A stretch of 64,000 nucleotides of DNA from a virus (Duplodnaviria; Caudoviricetes), in the IMG/VR virus record IMGVR_UViG_3300001531_000060, positions 9,000 to 72,999 of that record; one strand, given 5' to 3'. A program made the position numbers and the translations under genes. Under the pieces are notes generated by a model that made no database searches, was not told the DNA's origin, and saw only the letters and a list, made by a program, of their open reading frames with translations. This document shows positions 19,653-29,550 of the stretch, piece by piece; within the stretch, counting starts at the first letter, position 1; each line of letters opens with the position of its first letter.

Positions 19653-20388
19653 AGTGCCAAAGATGCCTAGAAATAAACAGGCACTTGAAGAATATTTTGA
19701 AATAAGACAACCTTATGTGACGCCGAAAGAAGAGTTCTGTGTTGACCAAAAGGTGTTGGATAAAGTTTATAAGTTAAAGAAGTATATAGAGGATATGCTT
19801 TTAGATATTGCAAAACGTGAAGGTGAATTTAATATTTATAGTTCACAGTTAAAGTCATTAGAAGATAAACAAAAAGAATTAGTAGAAGTTAAATTTGATT
19901 TAGAAAACGAAAAGGTTTTAGTTAAAGCATTATCAAAAATATCTCAGACGCAATTATCTAAGATAGAGAATTTATGTACAGTTGCATTACAAGATATTTT
20001 ACAAGATACGAATATTAAATTTAAAATTAGTATGGAAGAAACAAAGAAAGGTATAGATACATATTTTTATACAGTATCAGATGCAGGAGAGTCTGATATA
20101 TTACAATCTGAAGCAGGTGGAGTTAAGAACGTTTTATCTGTTTGTTTGCGTCTTATATTTCTTGAGTTCTGCAAACCAAAGATACAAGGTCCGGTTATAT
20201 TGGATGAAGTAGGAGCCAATATATCTGCAGAGTATCAAAGTGCATTTGGAGAATTTTTAAGACAGTTTAGTGAGAAGAATAACAGACAAATAATATTAAT
20301 TACTCATAATAATAGTATAAAAGAAAAAGCACCAAATTTAATAACAATATATAAACATGGAAATGAATCTAAGGTAGGAGGTATATAA
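19582..20388 (+). CDS. SbcC/Rad50 C-terminal half
   Basis: Signature-like SEAGG, Walker B VILDE, H-loop LITH; true start probably a downstream Met. Confidence 0.85.
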   Translation: MMMLDVNGWKILLMRHKQMQIQNKVPKMPRNKQALEEYFEIRQPYVTPKEEFCVDQKVLDKVYKLKKYIEDMLLDIAKREGEFNIYSSQLKSLEDKQKELVEVKFDLENEKVLVKALSKISQTQLSKIENLCTVALQDILQDTNIKFKISMEETKKGIDTYFYTVSDAGESDILQSEAGGVKNVLSVCLRLIFLEFCKPKIQGPVILDEVGANISAEYQSAFGEFLRQFSEKNNRQIILITHNNSIKEKAPNLITIYKHGNESKVGGI

Positions 20389-20759
20389 TGCGTATAATAG
20401 ATGTAAGGAAATTAAATCGTGGGTACGTAGTTTATGTAAATGAAGATTATGATATTAAAACGTTAGATAATGATAAACGTTTTCAAGAGTTGACAACTTA
20501 TTATAAAAATCATAAACTATTAGGTAAAGAATATTACTTTACATTTGTTAAACCAGAAGCCTGTTCTAAAATTCAAACTTATTTACGTAAAAGAATTTTG
20601 GGTGTAGCACAGGAAAAGAAAGTTATAAAGCAAGATGTATTTACAGAAGGTCCATCAGAATCTTTTTTAAATAGAGGTGTTAATAAAGAACATAGAAAGA
20701 GACAACCAAAAATAATAAAAGAAGCATTTAAAGTAACAAGAAAAAGGAGAAGAAAGTAA
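20388..20759 (+). CDS. Hypothetical protein
   Basis: ORF with GGAGG RBS. Confidence 0.5.
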   Translation: MRIIDVRKLNRGYVVYVNEDYDIKTLDNDKRFQELTTYYKNHKLLGKEYYFTFVKPEACSKIQTYLRKRILGVAQEKKVIKQDVFTEGPSESFLNRGVNKEHRKRQPKIIKEAFKVTRKRRRK

Positions 20760-20761
20760 CA

Positions 20762-23224
20762 ATGAAACAATGTAACATTTGTGGTTTTAATTGTAAGAAT
20801 AATGTAGGTAGTTATATTGGAAGTAATGCAAAGGTATTATTTTTATTTGAAACACCTACATATCAAGCTGATCTAGAGAATAGAATTACAGCCGGTCCTG
20901 TAATGGAATTATTTAAACAATATTTAACGAAGCATAAAATATCATTTGATGATATAGCAATAACTTATATGTCACATTGCTTTTCCGGTACACCAACAAA
21001 AGACCAGGCATTTAAATTAACAAACAATCCTGTAAAGAAAAAATATTATGAGAATTGTAGACATCATCTAAATAAAATTTTAGAAGATGTTAAACCTAAA
21101 TTAGTTGTTTGTGTTGGAGATAGACCTACAAAGTATTTTCTTGGCGACACAAAAGCAAAGTTATTTGATGTTTATGGAGCAATAATAAAAAGTCCATTAT
21201 ATAAAATAGATACATTTTGTATGTTGGATATGTATAAATTGTATTTGAAAACTCAGTATCGTTGTTACGGAGACAAATCATTTGAGTTTATTAAGAATTT
21301 TATTGATGGTATAAAAGTACCTATGCAACAGACAAATTGTACTGTTACTGTAGATATTAAGTTATTACATGAAGCATTATCAAAGCTTTTAACATCAACA
21401 AAGACCGCTATAGATATTGAAACAAGTGGATTAAATTTTTTAAAAGATAAAATTATGGGTATAGGTTTTGCTCTTGACAAAGAGAATTCTTATTATATAC
21501 CCTTACATAAATATGAGAATGATAAGATAGTTTCTTTCTGGGATGAACAAACTGAGAATTTAATTAAAGAAGATTTAAAAAAGTTTGTATCAAATGAAAC
21601 ATTAAAGATTGCTTATAATGGTCAATTTGATTTTAAATTTATAAGACACTATTTAAATGTCGATAGAATTAATAATGCAAGTTTTGATGTAATGTTAGCT
21701 TCGCATTTATTAAATGAAAATTTAAATGGTATGCGTTCCTTAAAGTTATTATCTGTTTTATTTACGGATATGGGTGGATACGAATCCGTATTATATAATT
21801 GGTTACGAGAACATAAGATAGTTAAAGATGATATGTATAAAGCTCCAGTAGATATTCTTGGAACGTATTGTTGTTTAGATACGATAGCAACATATAGATT
21901 ATATAGTAAGTTTGATATACAACTTGAGAGAGAAGGTTTATTAGATGTATTTAAAAAATTAACCATGCCATTACAGAAAGTATTAATGGATGTTGAGTAT
22001 GATGGTGTACAAGTTGATATAAATCATTTAGCAGAAATTGAAAAGAATAATAAGAAAGCACTTGAAGATAAGTTAGCTGTTATTCGTGGAAAGGTTGGAG
22101 ATCCGGAATTTAATGTTAATTCAACTCAGCAGCTTGCAGATTTGATGTTTAAGAAATTAGGATGTAAAGTTTTAAGAACAACAGACTCTGGTAATCCTGC
22201 TACAGATAAAGCAACAATTTCTAAGTATGCAAAGAAACATTCTGTACTACAAGATATACTTGATTATAAAAAGATTAGAACAGAAACATCTACATTTATA
22301 ACAGGTATGAAAGCTTTGTTAGATGATAACAACAAAGTGCATACGAATTATTTATTACATGGTACAGATTCTGGAAGATTGTCCTCAACAAATCCTAACT
22401 TACAAAATATTCCTAGAGAGAAAACTATAAAGAATCTTTATATACCAGAACCTGGAAAGGTTATGATACAGTGCGATTTATCTCAAGGAGAGTTTAACGC
22501 TTGGGCTTCATATGCACAAGATGCAAAGATGTTAAATGATATTAAGAACGGATTAGATATTCATAGAACAGTTGCATCTAAAGTGTGGAATATGAAACCA
22601 GAAGACGTAACAAAAGAACTTCGTACATTTGCAAAGAGAGTTGTGTTTGGATTGATGTATGGTATATCTATAGAAGGTGCAGCCAAATTGGTAGGGTGTT
22701 CAGAATCCGAAGCACAAAGAATTCAAACTACGTTTTTTGGTATGTATCCAAAAGCAGCTGCTTGGTTAAAAAATATTCCGGTAGTAGCAAGAGCAAACGG
22801 TTATTTACAAACTGTATTCGGGAGAAAGAGAAGATTATCCCATCTATTTAATCATCCATTACAAAGCATAAGAAATTATGCAAATAGAGTTTCTTCTAAT
22901 TTTCCTATGCAGTCGACAGTTGCAGATATTACAGCAAGGAATATGATTAATTTAAAACCATATTTAGATTCTGTAGGAGCACAAATTATATTAACTGTGC
23001 ATGATTCAATAATAGTTCAATGTGATAAAGCAATTGCAAAACAAGTATCAGAAGAAATGATGAAGATTGTTACACAACCGGTTCCAAATTATCATGGAAT
23101 TATTAGATGTGATATTGAAATTGGTGAAGCTTGGGGACATTTAGATAAAGTAGAATTTGACGAGGATACAGATAAGATTTTAAATGAGGATATTTTTTCA
23201 GAATTTGAACAAGAAAATACTTGA
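20762..23224 (+). CDS. polA: Family A DNA polymerase with N-terminal UDG-like domain and 3'-5' exonuclease
   Basis: Cys-rich UDG-like N-terminus; exonuclease DIET; GRLSSTNPNLQNIP; motif A DLSQGE; motif B KRVVFGLMYG; motif C VHDS. Confidence 0.93.
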   Translation: MKQCNICGFNCKNNVGSYIGSNAKVLFLFETPTYQADLENRITAGPVMELFKQYLTKHKISFDDIAITYMSHCFSGTPTKDQAFKLTNNPVKKKYYENCRHHLNKILEDVKPKLVVCVGDRPTKYFLGDTKAKLFDVYGAIIKSPLYKIDTFCMLDMYKLYLKTQYRCYGDKSFEFIKNFIDGIKVPMQQTNCTVTVDIKLLHEALSKLLTSTKTAIDIETSGLNFLKDKIMGIGFALDKENSYYIPLHKYENDKIVSFWDEQTENLIKEDLKKFVSNETLKIAYNGQFDFKFIRHYLNVDRINNASFDVMLASHLLNENLNGMRSLKLLSVLFTDMGGYESVLYNWLREHKIVKDDMYKAPVDILGTYCCLDTIATYRLYSKFDIQLEREGLLDVFKKLTMPLQKVLMDVEYDGVQVDINHLAEIEKNNKKALEDKLAVIRGKVGDPEFNVNSTQQLADLMFKKLGCKVLRTTDSGNPATDKATISKYAKKHSVLQDILDYKKIRTETSTFITGMKALLDDNNKVHTNYLLHGTDSGRLSSTNPNLQNIPREKTIKNLYIPEPGKVMIQCDLSQGEFNAWASYAQDAKMLNDIKNGLDIHRTVASKVWNMKPEDVTKELRTFAKRVVFGLMYGISIEGAAKLVGCSESEAQRIQTTFFGMYPKAAAWLKNIPVVARANGYLQTVFGRKRRLSHLFNHPLQSIRNYANRVSSNFPMQSTVADITARNMINLKPYLDSVGAQIILTVHDSIIVQCDKAIAKQVSEEMMKIVTQPVPNYHGIIRCDIEIGEAWGHLDKVEFDEDTDKILNEDIFSEFEQENT

Positions 23225-23249
23225 CAAAATTTTAAAAATTATGTATAAT
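23221..23249 (+). promoter_or_regulatory. Canonical sigma70 promoter
   Basis: Perfect TTGACA-N17-TATAAT upstream of the groES-like gene. Confidence 0.85.
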
Positions 23250-23274
23250 TATTTTAAATTTATCGGAGGAATTC

Positions 23275-25204
<1,930 letters not shown>

Positions 25205-25205
<1 letters not shown>

Positions 25206-25894
25206 TGGTATACGGATTGAATTACTTACACCAACGCAATATAGATGATCAACAGATATCTGATTTTGGATTAGCATATCTGTATAATAATCAACTATAT
25301 GGTGTAAGTAATTCACCTACATTTGAAAAACTTTGTCAGTTTATACATAAGTTATTTGAAGAAAAAATAGATTTAAATATATATGATAATTGTATACTTA
25401 TACCTATTTTTGATTTATATAATAATATAATTTCATTTGCAGCTAGACACTTATCACCAAATGTAAAACAAAAATTTATTGGTGTAAAAGGATTTAAAAA
25501 ATCTTTATTATTGTTTGGCTTGAATTTAGCTTATGACGCAATACTTGAAATGGATGAAGTTATTTTAGTTGAAGGATATTGGGAAGTAATTGCGTTACAT
25601 AAAGTAGGGATTCGAAACGTTGTAGCTTTATGTGGATGTTCCATTAAAGATGTACAAGTTTCTTATTTAATGAGATTTACAAAAAATTTTAAAATATTAT
25701 TAGATCCAGATAAAGCAGGAATGGAAGGTAGTGAAAGAGTCGCTAAAACTATAAATAGTTTTGGTGGTAACGTAGAAATTTTACAGTTACAATCAAATGT
25801 CGATATTGATGAATTTTTAGCAAAAAATAATAAAGAGGAGTTTATACAAAAATGTGGACTATCGCAGAAGTATTTAAAAGAATCCCTCAAGTAA
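25205..25894 (+). CDS. DnaG primase catalytic core (TOPRIM), no Zn finger
   Basis: IPI.D..N.I..F.AR, LFGLN, LVEGYWE, LDPDKAG. Confidence 0.85.
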
Positions 25895-26412
25895 CTGTTT
25901 CAGATTATCGTTGGTATATTATAAATTTTTACTCGTTTGTAAAATTAAATCAGATAAGTAATGTACTTAAGTCTTATGACAATGACAATTTTTTATGGGT
26001 ACCTACTCATTTAGAAAAGAAGCGTTTACAAGAACGAAGTAATCAAATTATAACGGTTGATAAACCAAATTATTTTACATATGGATTTATTGCGATTAGA
26101 CCACAAAGTACAAATATAAAAGAGATTGCAAGTAGAATTAATTTTATTTATGGTGCACAAATACTTAAAGGTATGGTGTTTGATGATGAAGTTAAGCAAG
26201 CATTAGAGGTTGCTTATAAATATAATGCAAAGAAAAAGGAAGTAAGTTTTCAACCCGGTACAACTGTCCGTATTAATTCCGGTGCCTTTTATGGATTAAA
26301 TGCTAAGGTTGTAGAAGTTAATGGCACTAAAGTATCTCTAGAAGTTGATATGTGGCAGAATACAATCCAAATAGTCACAAGTATATTAGATATTCAAAGC
26401 TTGGATGAATAA
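25852..26412 (+). CDS. NusG-family (NGN+KOW) antitermination factor
   Basis: RWYII, WVPT, PNYFTYGFI (NGN); FQPGTTVRINSGAFYGLNAKVVEV..VSLEVDMW (KOW). Confidence 0.85.
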   Translation: MWTIAEVFKRIPQVTVSDYRWYIINFYSFVKLNQISNVLKSYDNDNFLWVPTHLEKKRLQERSNQIITVDKPNYFTYGFIAIRPQSTNIKEIASRINFIYGAQILKGMVFDDEVKQALEVAYKYNAKKKEVSFQPGTTVRINSGAFYGLNAKVVEVNGTKVSLEVDMWQNTIQIVTSILDIQSLDE

Positions 26413-26914
26413 GGAGAGAACTATGTTTTCTGAGTTTAAACAAGCTGTTGAGAATATCTCTACAAGTACAGATATACTAGAAGTAATGTTTTTATTTTAC
26501 TTCGATAAGAAAACTTTTATGTGGTATAAACATTTAATAGATAATAGGACTTCTCAGAAAAATCAAACTCAGTTAGGTATATTGTATGATATGGAGCAAA
26601 GTTTTATATGCAGAGAGCTACAGAAGGTTCAATCAAAGATAAAGAAATATATGTCAGATTTAGATAGAAACAGACCTTTATTAATAAATGTATTGAATTA
26701 TATAGATAAAAATACAAATGAACATCAGAAGTTAGTACTTTCTTATATATTACAAAGAAAGTCTTATAGTAAGATTGCAAAGATACTTGGTGTAAGTAGA
26801 CAAGCAGTACACTGTTGTGTATCTGGTTTTTACCATAGAGTTGCCAAACAAACTGATCAAGAGTCAATTTTATTCAAAAATCAATATAAAAAATTATTTG
26901 GTATTGAATTTTAA
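26405..26914 (+). CDS. Tandem sigma-region-4-like HTH protein; candidate late transcription factor
   Basis: QTQLGILYDMEQSFICRELQK and SYSKIAKILGVSRQAVH. Confidence 0.55.
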   Translation: MNKERTMFSEFKQAVENISTSTDILEVMFLFYFDKKTFMWYKHLIDNRTSQKNQTQLGILYDMEQSFICRELQKVQSKIKKYMSDLDRNRPLLINVLNYIDKNTNEHQKLVLSYILQRKSYSKIAKILGVSRQAVHCCVSGFYHRVAKQTDQESILFKNQYKKLFGIEF

Positions 26915-26916
26915 CT

Positions 26917-26938
26917 CCCTTGACAAAACTATCATAAT
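26917..26938 (+). promoter_or_regulatory. Putative late promoter
   Basis: CCCTTGACA-AAACTAT-CATAAT. Confidence 0.7.
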
Positions 26939-26977
26939 ATAGGTTTTTAAGATAGTTTTTATTATAAGGAGAGTACT

Positions 26978-27820
26978 ATGTCTATATTTGATAAGTTTAA
27001 GAAAATATTTAGTTCAGGGAGTGACGATTCATTTGAGGAAGCTAAATCACCAGAAGAACAAGTCTTGAATAAAGCTTTAGATGAAGAAGCTAAATTTCAA
27101 GATGCTGTTGAAAAAGAACAAGCTACAATGCTTAAAAATGTTAATTGGTCTAAGATTATACAAAAAGTATTTTCAAATACTGAAATTAAAGAATTGATAA
27201 AGAAATTACGTGATAGCTATTCAAAAATTGATTACTCAGATATGAGTGTGTTTTTTGATGATATCTCTGATGGCGTTGATTTAATTATTGAGTTTATGTG
27301 TAAAGATGAGTCAGAAGATTTTGTAGAGCTTACAAAGATACCTATGTTTAAATCACAAGTTGCAGAAGCATTATTCAAAGTTATTTCTAAACCGGTTTCT
27401 GAAAAAACCAGTGATAAATATGATTATGACGCAGTTAATTTTAATAAAATTTTTAATCCTGAGATGAATAACTTAGCTTCTTTATGCAGATTCATTTCTG
27501 AATTCTTGAGAAGCTACAGAAGAAATCCTAGAGTTGCTACTAATTTAATATTACCTTATTTTGAATCTAAAGAATATGTACAAAATTTTATAGAGCTTTG
27601 TTATAATATTGATATGTTTGTACAGAATTTTAGACAAATACCATACAACGATATTTCTAATGAAGAAAAGAAAAGATTTCTCGATACTATAAATAGTTTT
27701 GTTGCAGGATATTCTAAAAACAATATATTAACTGCATTAAATATTTTAATGAAAACACAAAAATATTACGAGCAAAGTAATCCGAAGGTAGATTATTCTG
27801 TTATTGGAGGAAGTCTTTAA
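26978..27820 (+). CDS. Hypothetical (probably virion) protein
   Basis: First gene after a late motif; N-terminus MSIFDKFKKIFS. Confidence 0.55.
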   Translation: MSIFDKFKKIFSSGSDDSFEEAKSPEEQVLNKALDEEAKFQDAVEKEQATMLKNVNWSKIIQKVFSNTEIKELIKKLRDSYSKIDYSDMSVFFDDISDGVDLIIEFMCKDESEDFVELTKIPMFKSQVAEALFKVISKPVSEKTSDKYDYDAVNFNKIFNPEMNNLASLCRFISEFLRSYRRNPRVATNLILPYFESKEYVQNFIELCYNIDMFVQNFRQIPYNDISNEEKKRFLDTINSFVAGYSKNNILTALNILMKTQKYYEQSNPKVDYSVIGGSL

Positions 27821-27823
27821 TTT

Positions 27824-28510
27824 ATGGCATCACATATATTTCAATATCCAGCTGATGTTTTAGAAGCATTGAACCAGAAGATTGATAGTGGAGCATCAGT
27901 TCGTGTTATACAACAATTCATAAAAGATAATTATAGTAACGTGGTAACAGTACCATCGTTAGATGCAATATCTTTGTATAGAAAACAATATCAATCAAAG
28001 AATACTGCAATTACTTTACAAACAAATAAGACCGAAATAAGTAGAGAGTTTAATGAGGGATTAACAGAACTTGATAGATTACTTACACAAATTAAAGGAA
28101 GACAAGAACTTAACTATAGTAATGTAAAGGTTTTGCAAGGTTTAATGGGTAAGTGCTTATTGAGGGAGTCCGCATTAGAACATCAACAGGCGAGTAATAG
28201 AGTTCCTGATATGATGGTTGAAAAACAAATACTTGCTTACATATCTGAAGCTAGAAACTATGTTAAAACAATTGTACAACTTACAGCAGATTTAGCGTCA
28301 CAGCAGGCTAAACTCGATGAGCTTGTAAAAAAAGAAACTAAGTTTTTATTACAAACTGTTTCTAATATTGTTTTACAAATCTGTCCACAACATTACGATC
28401 AATTTACTAAACTATTTAAACAAGCATTAATAAATGAATCTAGTAATCTAAATATGTTAGTATCACAAGAAGAAGCTTCTGAAAATGAAAAAGAGTTAAA
28501 AAATTTTTAA
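27824..28510 (+). CDS. Probable terminase small subunit
   Basis: N-terminal HTH-like segment and helical body; position upstream of TerL. Confidence 0.5.
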   Translation: MASHIFQYPADVLEALNQKIDSGASVRVIQQFIKDNYSNVVTVPSLDAISLYRKQYQSKNTAITLQTNKTEISREFNEGLTELDRLLTQIKGRQELNYSNVKVLQGLMGKCLLRESALEHQQASNRVPDMMVEKQILAYISEARNYVKTIVQLTADLASQQAKLDELVKKETKFLLQTVSNIVLQICPQHYDQFTKLFKQALINESSNLNMLVSQEEASENEKELKNF

Positions 28511-28516
28511 TAATTA

Positions 28517-28598
28517 ATGTAGCTAGGTTCGCTACCGAAAAGGATGCAACTCACATCCCTGCTACATATTAAATTTTGAGTAATTACAGGAGTGTAAT
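28517..28598 (+). ncRNA. Endonuclease-leader structured RNA, copy 1
   Basis: P1 ATGTAGC/GCTACAT; P2 GGT-TCGCT-ACC; GAAAA; P3 GGATG-CAACTCA-CATCC; loop pairs with TGAGT; SD hairpin ATTACA-GGAG-TGTAAT. Confidence 0.75.
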
Positions 28599-29549
28599 AT
28601 GGAAGAATTAATTAAGTATTTAAATGGTCATAAGAATTATAGAGTTTCAACTATAGAGAAAGATTACTTAACTCAAGAAGTTAAAGATACGTTAACTAAG
28701 TATAGTTTAACTTTAAAAGAGTTGTGTTATAGAATAATACATAATATAGCTTTAGATAAAGTGTTTACTTGTAAATATTGCGGTAAACGTGTTGGGTTGA
28801 GAAAAGGTAAAAATAAATATAAAGAGTTTTGTGACCTTAAATGTTCTGGTGATTATATAAATAATTTAAAAGAAGTTAAAGAAAAAAAGCAACAAACTTT
28901 GATAGAAAAGTATGGCGTAAATAACCCTACTAAATTAAAAGAGTTTAAAATTAAGATAAAAAATACTTGTTTAAATAAATATGGTGTAGATCATTATTCT
29001 AAAACCCAGAAGTGGAAAGATAGATATAAACAAACTTGTAATAAGCGCTATGGTACAGATTATTATTTACAGTCTCAAGAACGTAAGAATAGAAATGATG
29101 AAATACAAGAGAAGGCTTATAATACAAAGAAAAGCAATAATACATGTAATACATCAAAACAAGAAGAAGCAGTATATAAATTGCTTTTAACTAAATTTCA
29201 ATCAGATGATATTGTAAGATATTATAAATCTAAGCTATACCCTTTTAACTGTGATTTTTATATTAAGAGTTTGGATTTATATATTGAGTATAATGGTAAT
29301 TGGACTCATGGCAAGGAACCTTTTGACAAGAATAATTTAAAACATTTAAAACTATTGGAATATTGGAAGATTAAATCTAAAGAAACAAATTTTAAAAAGA
29401 AAACAAAGAACTATTATAGAAGTGCTATTTATACTTGGACAGTAAGAGATGTTAAGAAGTTAGAAACTTTCAAAAAGAATAAGCTTAATTATAAAATATT
29501 TTGGAATATTGAAGAAGTGAAAATTTGGATTAAAGAACAGGAAGTATGA
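28599..29549 (+). mobile_element. Free-standing PD-(D/E)XK homing-type endonuclease
   Basis: CKYCGK, KYGV[DN] repeats, CDFYIKSLDLYIEYNGNWTHG; inserted between the TerS candidate and TerL. Confidence 0.8.
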
Positions 29550-29550
29550 T

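Noticed and set aside
28517-28567. Leader RNA as a hammerhead or HDV-like ribozyme, or a tRNA
   Set aside because: No CUGANGA core, no clear HDV nested double-pseudoknot order and no T-loop; family left unassigned.
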